Below are positions 1 to 7,610 of a stretch of DNA of 64,000 bases, in pieces. Location: IMG/VR virus record IMGVR_UViG_3300021405_000012, positions 3,855 to 67,854 of that record. The stretch is one strand, 5' to 3'. Source of the stretch: a virus. Made by a program: the position numbers and the translations under genes. A model generated the notes under the pieces. That model worked only from the letters and a program-made list of their open reading frames with translations, searched no databases and was not told where the DNA came from. Position 1 is the stretch's first letter, and every line of letters begins with the position of its first letter.

Positions 1-237
1 CAGCCGCACCTTCCAGGGCAGCTTGCGCTTCTCGATCGAGCCCGGCATGGCCACGATAGTCTCTTCGACCACTTGGCAGTCGGGGCGATCCTCGATGACG
101 AATTTTGAGACGCTATCGAGCACCCGCACTCGCGCTTTGCCGTCGGGCAGGTGAATCTCGACTTGCAGTTCGCAGCGTCCGGGGATGGTCAGCGGCGGCT
201 CGAAGGCGAAATCGTGGTGCTCGGTGTAGGTATTCAT
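1..237 (-). CDS. Hypothetical protein, runs off window edge
   Basis: Manual translation from ATG at 237 (MNTYTEHHDFAFEPPLTIPGRCELQVEIHLPDG...) stays open to position 1, directly downstream of the radical SAM gene. Confidence 0.6.
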   Translation of the reverse strand, partial: MNTYTEHHDFAFEPPLTIPGRCELQVEIHLPDGKARVRVLDSVSKFVIEDRPDCQVVEETIVAMPGSIEKRKLPWKVRL

Positions 238-248
238 GGGATCGCAGT

Positions 249-1106
249 CTAGCACTGGATCAGAGGTTTGGGAAGTGGGTTGTGCGCATGGATTATCGCC
301 GGTCGCGCCCACTGCCGCTGGAACCTCTTCCAGTCCGGGGATGGTCGGTATCTCTCAGCGCTTGGGGTTTCCGGCGCCCAAAGCATTGCGTGGGGGGTGA
401 AGCCGATCGCAACCATATCCCTCAGCCGTTTCTCGGCCGCAGCGAAGGTGTCTTTAGGGTAGCCGATCAGCACGTAACAGCGCAGCCGGTGCGATCTCGC
501 CGTAAAGCCAGCAGCCAAAAGGCGGGCAGCTGCGCTCTGCAACGTCTCGAAAGGATCTCCGGGGTCATAGGCAAAGAAGCAATTCGGGCGGGGCTTCATG
601 TCCGCCAGCAGCCCGACCTGGTAGTCCTGAAGAGCTAACGCTTCGAGGCCGCCAGTGAATTCGATCCGGCGGCTCTGCCGCGCCAGCATCGCAAACACGG
701 CTCGTACATGAGGCTCAGGGCAAGCGAGCAGGTTATCGTCGAGGATGTTCCAGCCATCCTGTATCGGAAGCAGGCGGGGAACCGGGTCACGCTTCCACAC
801 CGAACAGAACCAGCATCGTCGCGGGCAGCCGCGCGAGGTGAATGTGTAACCATCCCGGATGTAGCGGCCGGGCACAAACTCTTGGCCAGGGTCGCCGTAG
901 GCCACTCCACCGATCTTCGTTGGTGCAACACGCTGCCAGGCCTCGGCCAGCATCTCGGCCTTACTCTTGTCCGCCGTGAATGTGACATCCACATGCACCT
1001 CGTCGGCCTCGGCAAACAAATCAGGCGGCCCGAAGAATGCCAACTCGTCGCCGGGTGTGGCTTTGTTGCGACGTGGGAAGACCCTGGCTAATTTCATATG
1101 ATCCAT
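249..1106 (-). CDS. Radical SAM-like protein
   Basis: TSRGCPRRCWFC (CxxxCxxC) motif followed by ILDDNLLA; ATG at 1106 or 1097 directly after the recombinase stop. Confidence 0.8.
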   Translation of the reverse strand: MDHMKLARVFPRRNKATPGDELAFFGPPDLFAEADEVHVDVTFTADKSKAEMLAEAWQRVAPTKIGGVAYGDPGQEFVPGRYIRDGYTFTSRGCPRRCWFCSVWKRDPVPRLLPIQDGWNILDDNLLACPEPHVRAVFAMLARQSRRIEFTGGLEALALQDYQVGLLADMKPRPNCFFAYDPGDPFETLQSAAARLLAAGFTARSHRLRCYVLIGYPKDTFAAAEKRLRDMVAIGFTPHAMLWAPETPSAERYRPSPDWKRFQRQWARPAIIHAHNPLPKPLIQC

Positions 1107-1107
1107 T

Positions 1108-2295
1108 TTACTCGCCGTCGAAAAGACTCCCTTGACGAAACACACGCAATCCCGGCCGTTGCCGAAACGCATCTCCCATGCGCTGGCCGACTTCTTCTTC
1201 GTTCGCGCGGGTGTACCAGTTCATCGTCTCGATGGAGGCCCACCCCATGTACTCCTGAATGTCATTCAGCGCCTTGCCCGACTGCACTAGGTGGGTTGCT
1301 GTGCTGTGCTTCAAGGTATGCGTTTTAGCCTTTCGGGAGGGGATGCCTGCTTCAAGAGCGTAGCCGTGGACGAGCTGCCAAAACCGAACCCTGGTGATGG
1401 GAAACAACCGTTCTTTGGGGTCGCCGCGACGTTTGGGAGTGGCTGGGGGCGGCTGGGGGATGGTGGCCGAAGGCAAATTGCGCAATTCCGCTTCTGCGGC
1501 CTTCCGTCGGGCGGCGGGCAGCAGTTTGCGGGCACCGGGGCCTTTGGGGGGAGGACCGACCAATCCGCTCTCTTCCATCAGGTCGATCAGATGGCACGCC
1601 CGGCCGTATGCGATTCGCAGGCCTCGCTGCAACACCGACGTCGACACTTTCCCCGCCGCGATCACCAGTTTGACGGCGTCCCCGTAGAGCGGATCCACGC
1701 CTGAGTTTTCCTCGGAATCGACGATTTGGCCAATTTGCCGATTTGGCAAGGACTTAACACTCCTCGTACAAGGTAAAGTTTTTTCACGGGTCAAAGTGCT
1801 GCATTTCCGGGCCTCGCGAGCACCGCCTTTTACCCCATAGTTTGAGCGGTTCGCGAGCCAATCTTCTATGGCCGCCTTCTCGTTGAGCAGCGGGTTTTGA
1901 TGGTGCAGAAGGGGGTGTGTGGTTTCGTCGGATCCCTTGCCGCGCTGCACCCGGATTTCCCCGTCTTTGAAGTTGGCTGCGGTAAGGTTGGTGACCTCGG
2001 AGGCCCGCAGCCCGTGAACGTAGGCGACAAGGATCATCAGCCAGTCGCGGTGTCGGTGCTTTTTGGCGGTCGCGAGGAGAGCCTGTAGTTGCTCATCGCT
2101 GAGCGAGACGGGCGGCTTCCTGCGGCGTCTGGGTTTTTTGGGCACTTTGGGTTTTGGCGGGGCGAGGGAAAACGGGGCGGCACTCACGGCAGCCTCTCCG
2201 ACGAGTTCCTTGATTCTGGCGAAGAGCGAATCTACTTCAACCCAGATGGGCGACTCAGGTTTCGGAACAACGAACAGCTTGGCAGCGCGGGGCAC
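1108..2295 (-). CDS. Tyrosine recombinase (FimB/Xer-like catalytic domain) with an inserted FtsK-gamma domain
   Basis: HGLRASE, RGKGS..TTHPL, HTLKHS.ATHL and MGW.SI..MNWYT catalytic motifs; insert DPLYGDAVKLVIAAGKVSTSVLQRGLRIAYGRACHLIDLMEESGLVGP matches the FtsK-gamma pattern. Confidence 0.88.
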   Translation of the reverse strand: MPRAAKLFVVPKPESPIWVEVDSLFARIKELVGEAAVSAAPFSLAPPKPKVPKKPRRRRKPPVSLSDEQLQALLATAKKHRHRDWLMILVAYVHGLRASEVTNLTAANFKDGEIRVQRGKGSDETTHPLLHHQNPLLNEKAAIEDWLANRSNYGVKGGAREARKCSTLTREKTLPCTRSVKSLPNRQIGQIVDSEENSGVDPLYGDAVKLVIAAGKVSTSVLQRGLRIAYGRACHLIDLMEESGLVGPPPKGPGARKLLPAARRKAAEAELRNLPSATIPQPPPATPKRRGDPKERLFPITRVRFWQLVHGYALEAGIPSRKAKTHTLKHSTATHLVQSGKALNDIQEYMGWASIETMNWYTRANEEEVGQRMGDAFRQRPGLRVFRQGSLFDGE

Positions 2296-2300
2296 GCCGC

Positions 2301-2330
2301 ATGGTACTGATCCGTCGCCCTGTGAGGCAA
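2301..2330 (-). promoter_or_regulatory. Putative sigma70 promoter for a leaderless recombinase transcript
   Basis: TTGCCT-N18-TACCAT, then 5 nt, then the GTG start at 2295. Confidence 0.45.
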
Positions 2331-2360
2331 GGTGGAAATCGGCGCCCGATCTTTTTCTTG

Positions 2361-2390
2361 TTGACTCCCGCCGGGATCATGCGCTAGATT
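2361..2390 (+). promoter_or_regulatory. Putative sigma70 promoter divergent from the recombinase
   Basis: TTGACT-N18-TAGATT. Confidence 0.45.
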
Positions 2391-2472
2391 GCAAGTCGAT
2401 TGCGTTGTCCAAAGGGAAACAAGCCCCGGAATCCACTCTCTGAGCGTGACCACCGGGGCCATTTCCTGCGGT

Positions 2473-2523
2473 GAAAAAGAGAAGCCGGGCCTTCACCCCC
2501 AAGTGAGGCTCGGTTTTTTATTT
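2473..2523. terminator. Bidirectional intrinsic terminator
   Basis: Stem AAGCCGGGCCTTCAC / GTGAGGCTCGGTTTT flanked by an A-rich tract and a T-rich tract. Confidence 0.7.
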
Positions 2524-2621
2524 CCAGAATTCCACAGCGGCTGGTGTGCTAGAGTCCCCGCAACTGCTGCATAGCTGCATGGCCCCGGTGGGAGGGGGAC
2601 GGGTCTTGCCGGGGCCCTACT

Positions 2622-3110
2622 TCAGAGGAACCTCAGCGCCAAGAAGTTGATCGTCAGATGTAAAACAGTGTCCACGATAATTAGCAACCAGACCGCCATC
2701 CACGCCGGGGTTTCCGGGGGATATCCCGTCGGACATGCGGAAAGGGGTGGCATTTGCCGTCTGAAGGCATGCTCCACTTTCCCGCGATCGACATTCGTCC
2801 AGAGGCCGGGGTGGGGAAGAGGGGGCGGCGTCACCCCGAACTGATCGTGCGACTCAAAGAACCACTTCACCGGCGGGCTCATCCAGTTCTTCACGTACAC
2901 GACGTACCGCGCCAGCCGGAGGCGGTCGATAACGTAGTGAGTTACAAAGATCATGGTCAGCGCGTTTCCAGACGGGTGCAACAAGAGAAACGTGGCGGAG
3001 TAGAGCGCTGCATGAATCACCGCAGGCAGGTTGGCTTTGGTTTTGTTCTGCGCCATCCAGTCAGATTGCAGGATGTAGTCGCCCCAGAGATGGCAGAGCA
3101 GTTGGAGCAT
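2622..3110 (-). CDS. DUF3307-like membrane protein
   Basis: HLWGDYILQSDWMA..K, H..LY, H..ID and D..LH pattern with hydrophobic helices. Confidence 0.75.
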   Translation of the reverse strand: MLQLLCHLWGDYILQSDWMAQNKTKANLPAVIHAALYSATFLLLHPSGNALTMIFVTHYVIDRLRLARYVVYVKNWMSPPVKWFFESHDQFGVTPPPLPHPGLWTNVDRGKVEHAFRRQMPPLSACPTGYPPETPAWMAVWLLIIVDTVLHLTINFLALRFL

Positions 3111-3111
3111 G

Positions 3112-3315
3112 TCAGACCTTTCCCGTCATCACATCGTTGAGGGTGAAGGTGGTCCGTCGGGGATGCCGGTCCTCGTAGAGCAGTTGTGCGAACATAGCGG
3201 CTTCGCGGGCTTCCATCGGCGTGAACTGGCCCTGCTCGATCGCCGCGCTCATCATGTCGACCAGGCTATGAAAGACGGGATCGTCGCGGTAGCGCTCGGC
3301 CAGAGTCGATCTCAC
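3112..3315 (-). CDS. Hypothetical protein
   Basis: GTG start overlaps the upstream stop (GTGA coupling). Confidence 0.6.
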   Translation of the reverse strand: MRSTLAERYRDDPVFHSLVDMMSAAIEQGQFTPMEAREAAMFAQLLYEDRHPRRTTFTLNDVMTGKV

Positions 3316-3821
3316 GCGCTCTTCTCCCGCACCTTCAGCGTGGGCGTCTTCGGCTCGGGTACCTCGCACTGCGAGTACAGTGCCAGCAGTTTGGTTGACA
3401 GCTTTTCGCCTTTGACGATGACCGCAGCCTCGGGATTGAGCGTCCAGCGGATCGTCTTCTCGAAGACCTTCTTCAGCGTGCCTGCGAGCTTAGCTTTGAC
3501 CAGCGCCAGCCGGAAGCGTTCGACGGCGGCCGCGTCAATCGACGTGGAGGACCCGAACGTCCCCATGGCCTCGAGCGTGATGCCGTGCAGGATCTTCGAC
3601 TTCTCGGCGTGCGCGCTGCCGTGGGCCCGCACCAGCTCGATGATTTCCGTTTTCAGGTCGGCGAGCTGCTCGGGTTTTGGCTTGTCGCCTTCTTTGTCAC
3701 CCTTCAGCTTTTCCGCGAGTTCGAGCTTAAATTCGAGCACAGCATCGTTGATCTCTTTGTCGAGGGCGCGATACTGCTCGCACTTTTGCTCAACCTCGGC
3801 GGGAGTGGGTGCGGGAGTCAT
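3312..3821 (-). CDS. Hypothetical protein with N-terminal coiled coil
   Basis: Coupled to both neighbours; GC-rich third positions. Confidence 0.7.
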   Translation of the reverse strand: MTPAPTPAEVEQKCEQYRALDKEINDAVLEFKLELAEKLKGDKEGDKPKPEQLADLKTEIIELVRAHGSAHAEKSKILHGITLEAMGTFGSSTSIDAAAVERFRLALVKAKLAGTLKKVFEKTIRWTLNPEAAVIVKGEKLSTKLLALYSQCEVPEPKTPTLKVREKSA

Positions 3822-4219
3822 GCAACAGACATCCTCGCTCGCTCGGATTGTTCGCCGGCAAAGAAGGCCTGCACGATCGCCGAGAAGATGTAGTCCTTCA
3901 GTCGCTGATTGAACGGCAGCTGCTCGTAGGGAACAAAGCAGGGGTGCTGCTTTTTCTCTGGGTCCTTGACCGGCCCATAGATCCAGCCGTCCCGCCGCTT
4001 TTCTTCCAACCAGCTTTCATGCGAAGCCGAAGGGCTCGCAGGTCGGCCAGCGCGGAGCTCGGTCAAATGAAACCGCACCCCGTTGATTGCGGAGACTCTT
4101 TGCCAGTCCGGGGCGGTGGCCCATTCGGGCTGGGATTCGTCGCCGATGGACAGGCAGTAAGCCCGGTTGGCCTCGTGGCAAATGCTGGCGATCTGTACTT
4201 CGTTGAGCGGATCCATCAT
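3818..4219 (-). CDS. Phage RyR-domain protein
   Basis: SHESW..EK..DGWIYGPVKDPEKKQHPCFVPYEQLP motif; GAGGAGG RBS. Confidence 0.85.
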   Translation of the reverse strand: MMDPLNEVQIASICHEANRAYCLSIGDESQPEWATAPDWQRVSAINGVRFHLTELRAGRPASPSASHESWLEEKRRDGWIYGPVKDPEKKQHPCFVPYEQLPFNQRLKDYIFSAIVQAFFAGEQSERARMSVA

Positions 4220-4238
4220 TTCCTCCTCTACGGCCTGG

Positions 4239-4496
4239 TCATGGGTGTTCGTAGCGTGTCTGCCCCGCCGGACGTCCCGGCACATCCTGATGCTCCGGCT
4301 TCATGCACATGGCAATCACGGCATGCAGTTTGGCGTCTTGCAGGTGGGTTTGCACGATGGCAAATTCGCGAGTGTTTTCCGCGCAGTAGCCGCGCAGAGT
4401 CTTCAGGGTGGCGGAGAATAGCTCACCGATTTGGAGCAGCTTGTGCTGGCCCTCTTCGTTGAGCCGGTAGGTGTCGAAAAGTGGGTCCATGGTCAC
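4239..4496 (-). CDS. Acb2/Tad1-like helical-hairpin protein (candidate nucleotide sponge)
   Basis: About 85 aa with Y-R-LNEEG near the N-terminus and REFAIVQTHLQDAKLHAVIAM..P at the C-terminus, resembling Acb2-type hairpins. Confidence 0.5.
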   Translation of the reverse strand: MTMDPLFDTYRLNEEGQHKLLQIGELFSATLKTLRGYCAENTREFAIVQTHLQDAKLHAVIAMCMKPEHQDVPGRPAGQTRYEHP

Positions 4497-4558
4497 AGTC
4501 TAAACCCGGATCGCAAGAAGTGAGCAAGTTACTAGCGGTTTCGTGCTAGAACAAGGGC

Positions 4559-4759
4559 ATGGAAATCACCATCAAAGTGCCCGAGGGTTGGCACGAACGA
4601 GTCGTGACAGACCAGTCCAAACTGACGGCGGACGTCCACTTCGAGCGAGAAGGGGAATACGATTTACCCCGCGGTTGCCAGAAGACCTACTACAGAGTCG
4701 GCGACGAGTTCATCACGTTCACCTACGCGCCGAATCAGCGGCTCGTCGGAAGCGTCTAG
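4559..4759 (+). CDS. Small hypothetical protein antisense to the late operon
   Basis: 66 aa, GC-rich third positions; TG-C-TAGAAC extended -10 ends 6 nt before the ATG. Confidence 0.6.
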   Translation: MEITIKVPEGWHERVVTDQSKLTADVHFEREGEYDLPRGCQKTYYRVGDEFITFTYAPNQRLVGSV

Positions 4760-5107
4760 CTCCGTAGGCTCCATCGTGGCAACCCAGTCTGCGATTCGCT
4801 CCCGCGTCCAACGGTGCATGTCGTTCAAGTGAGCGATGAGCTCATTAAGCGGGATCGCCGCGTGACCGCAGACTCCCGAAGGGCATGTGGTCACGCGACG
4901 AACCTGGACGTAGGGCCAGCGCCAAAACAGCGCGTAATATACTCCCTCGTCGGCGATGATGGTTGGCAGCTCCGTGACCCCCACCGCAGCTAAGGCAGCT
5001 CCGAGAGCGCAGGTGCGCACCCCATTCACCCCACCGTATGTGCGAAAGTCGCCAAACCCCTGGCGGTTGAGGGTTGACCCCAGCCGAATTGCTTCACTGA
5101 GTCTCAT
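4664..5107 (-). CDS. Hypothetical phage protein (CALGA...HLND..RWTRERIADW type)
   Basis: AGGAGA RBS; starts MRLSEAIRLG. Confidence 0.7.
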   Translation of the reverse strand: MRLSEAIRLGSTLNRQGFGDFRTYGGVNGVRTCALGAALAAVGVTELPTIIADEGVYYALFWRWPYVQVRRVTTCPSGVCGHAAIPLNELIAHLNDMHRWTRERIADWVATMEPTELDASDEPLIRRVGERDELVADSVVGLLATAG

Positions 5108-5134
5108 GTGTTTTCTCCTGAAGTGAGCATACAC

Positions 5135-6760
5135 CTAGCGGTTTTTCCGCCCGCGCATGCGCTGCCGCGCCGTCCCGCCGTAGCTCTGCGGCTGCTTTGC
5201 CTGCTGCAATTCCCGCTGCATCTTGTCGCGGTAGAGCACCGCCGAGGTGGGGTCTTTCTTCCAGAGTTCCGCCAGGTCCTGCTCCATCTCCGCCTGTCTG
5301 GGCTTTTTGGCGGTGCGCTCGGTGGCCCAGCTGTAGTAGCCGTAGCGGCACATATCGTAAAAATCATCAAGTTCGTCGCCGGAGATTTTGTCGACGTCGC
5401 CTTCCTTGTCGGGATCCTTTTTGCGGGTTTGCAGGGCTTCGATGGTCTTCACGCAGTTGCGGCAGATTTTGAAGTCGCCGTCTTTCAGTCCGGAGTACAT
5501 CTTCATGGCTCCGCCGACGCGATCGTTTCGGGCCTTCGAGAAGCCCAGCCCGTACACTCCCAGAATCTCGTTCATCTGGTGGGCCAGGTTGAAACTCATC
5601 CCGCCGGCGCGGCCATGTTCCGACCAGGCATCGGGCGAGAGGTACCACGGCATCCAGCGGCGTTCGGGCACACTCAAGCCGCTGCCACCATCGGTCACCC
5701 AGCGTTCGACGATGGCGCCGGCGAAACCTTTGGCAGTCTTGTCGCGGAAGTCATGGCCGCCCATCTCGTCGACCATGTAGGCGACACCTTGCGGACACTC
5801 CGCGGTTTCAGGCGCGTGTTTGAACAGGCCCGCGGCTGGCGCAGAAATCGAGAAGCCGTAATCGCATCCCGGCCACTGCGGCCACCACCACTCCTCGCCA
5901 ATGTCCTTGCGATCCACGGTCATCGAGGCATAGTCCCAGATGTCAAAGAACTGGCCTTCCGTGGCTTCCCAGCATCCGGCGAGAAGCGCTTTCGCGAGCG
6001 CCGGCGACTGCATGTAGAGCTTGGCCACATAGTCCTGCCCCAACTTGTCGTGACCATAAACGCTGCCCAGGATGTAGGCGACGGAGAGCTTGTACTTGCC
6101 GTCGGGGCCTTCGAGCGGGCGGTCGTACTCCGGCCAGCGCCCATTCCACTGCAAAACTTTTTGCGGCGGGGCTTTCAGGGGTTCGCAGTGCGGACACACT
6201 CCGCCCATGAAGAGTTTCTTGTGCCATTTCGCGCCGATGTTGCCGGGGTTGGTGGTGAAGATGGCGCGGATTTTGAGGCTGGGATCGGGGGAGCGGCTGC
6301 GAGTCAGAATGGTGCGCGGAAACTTCTCTTCCCATTGCGTCGATTCATCGAAGGCGGCGGCGGAGATTTCCTTGCCCCAGTTGTTTTCGAGGTCAGCCTG
6401 GTTCTTCAGCTGGCGAAAGCGGAAGGCGGCCCCCGAGGGCCATACCCAGGTTGTGGTCAAACCTTTGTGGCGATCGACGGAACGCGCCCCGGTTTGGGGG
6501 AAGAGTTCGCCGGCAATGGTCATCGCCTGCTCCATGGCGTCATAGGTGCGGCGGAAAAAGTACGACGACATGCGCGGACCGTCGCGCTCCTGGATGAGCG
6601 AGACCAGGGCGGAGGAACTTTTCAGGCTCCCAGCCGCCCCGCCGAATAGCAGCAGATCAGCTTCGCTATCGAGTGCGTCCTCCTGGGCCTGATAGGCAGG
6701 CCACCAGCGCAAGGCCCGCCGGACTGGGTCGGGCAGCACCTGGACATCACTTGCTTGCAT
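5135..6760 (-). CDS. terL: Terminase large subunit
   Basis: Walker A FGGAAGSLKS, Walker B AAFDES, motif III TTNPG, nuclease acidic residues (CDYG, DDFYD..RY). Confidence 0.92.
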   Translation of the reverse strand: MQASDVQVLPDPVRRALRWWPAYQAQEDALDSEADLLLFGGAAGSLKSSSALVSLIQERDGPRMSSYFFRRTYDAMEQAMTIAGELFPQTGARSVDRHKGLTTTWVWPSGAAFRFRQLKNQADLENNWGKEISAAAFDESTQWEEKFPRTILTRSRSPDPSLKIRAIFTTNPGNIGAKWHKKLFMGGVCPHCEPLKAPPQKVLQWNGRWPEYDRPLEGPDGKYKLSVAYILGSVYGHDKLGQDYVAKLYMQSPALAKALLAGCWEATEGQFFDIWDYASMTVDRKDIGEEWWWPQWPGCDYGFSISAPAAGLFKHAPETAECPQGVAYMVDEMGGHDFRDKTAKGFAGAIVERWVTDGGSGLSVPERRWMPWYLSPDAWSEHGRAGGMSFNLAHQMNEILGVYGLGFSKARNDRVGGAMKMYSGLKDGDFKICRNCVKTIEALQTRKKDPDKEGDVDKISGDELDDFYDMCRYGYYSWATERTAKKPRQAEMEQDLAELWKKDPTSAVLYRDKMQRELQQAKQPQSYGGTARQRMRGRKNR

Positions 6761-7325
6761 GTGTCTCCTCGAGTTGCTTATTCCAGAGCGCCTTTTTGTC
6801 GCGCAGCCACTTGGCTTCGTACACGTCGATCAGGTTGGGCCCGGTCGATGGCGGCAGGTCGGGATGTTCGCGGGCATCGCCGCGGCCTGTGGGACGGATT
6901 GGGGCGTGCGTGGCAATCGTGCCCGTCGATTTCCAGCCATTGAGGATCGCGAGTGTCGCGGTGGAATCGAGCTTCTTGACTCCCTTGAGCAGGCGAATGT
7001 ATTGGGCATCGAGCCATTCCACGGTGAGGATTCGGTTCTCTGCTAACCGCGTGACGATTTCCTCCTTGAGCTCGACGCGCAATTCCTCGACGCGCTTGGC
7101 GATCGCGGGGCGCCGGGTTGACCACTGCAGACACGTACCCTCGTTGAGGCCGCACAGGGCAGCGGCTTTGCGGATGGTGTCGCCGCAGGCCCGGTGAAAG
7201 CAGTAGGCTTCTTCGGTCGGAGAAAGGTGGGTCTTCGGAGGACGTCCCTTGCGGTTGCGGTGGGCTGCGAGAGTCGCGGCCGCGGCGGTTTTCTTTTGTT
7301 TCTGTTGGGCCTTGGTTGCGCCCAT
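6747..7325 (-). CDS. terS: Probable terminase small subunit
   Basis: Immediately upstream of and overlapping terL; N-terminal HTH-like segment plus coiled helix. Confidence 0.7.
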   Translation of the reverse strand: MGATKAQQKQKKTAAAATLAAHRNRKGRPPKTHLSPTEEAYCFHRACGDTIRKAAALCGLNEGTCLQWSTRRPAIAKRVEELRVELKEEIVTRLAENRILTVEWLDAQYIRLLKGVKKLDSTATLAILNGWKSTGTIATHAPIRPTGRGDAREHPDLPPSTGPNLIDVYEAKWLRDKKALWNKQLEETHASK

Positions 7326-7371
7326 GGGTGTGCCTCTTTCCTTGGCGGCGAAGGCGTGCAGCCGCAGGAGG

Positions 7372-7401
7372 ATAAGTACCCCATAATTACGGGGTAGTTA
7401 T
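7372..7401. repeat. 30-bp inverted repeat (11-8-11)
   Basis: ATAAGTACCCC-ATAATTAC-GGGGTAGTTAT, 10 of 11 arm positions complementary. Confidence 0.75.
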
Positions 7402-7424
7402 GAGTGATCTGTTAGAGTGGTGCG

Positions 7425-7610
7425 ATGTTCTGGAAATTCGTGAGTGCGGTGGTTCTCGGTTTTCTCGCCGGCGAGGTTGGCTACTCGATCTGGCCTTGGA
7501 TGGCGTTCCGAGTCGCGACGGCCGTCTTGGTGGTGGCGTTCTTCTTTGCGATCGAGCCGGTTATCGGTTGGGTAGTGGATGGCGCGCCGATTCGGTTGCC
7601 CTGGCGCTGA
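7425..7610 (+). CDS. Small two-TM membrane protein (moron-like)
   Basis: Two hydrophobic segments; TG-T-TAGAGT extended -10 ends 6 nt before the ATG. Confidence 0.6.
   Translation: MFWKFVSAVVLGFLAGEVGYSIWPWMAFRVATAVLVVAFFFAIEPVIGWVVDGAPIRLPWR

Noticed and set aside
2589-2598. KOPS-like G-rich motif near the recombinase
   Set aside because: TGGGAGGG does not match GGGNAGGG, and G-runs are common at this GC content
5108-6649. Long + strand ORFs opposite real genes (e.g. 5108-6649, 14037-15413, 30327-31637, 33810-35261, 50130-51620)
   Set aside because: Antisense shadows expected in high-GC coding DNA; no motifs, and the minus-strand genes carry the recognisable domains
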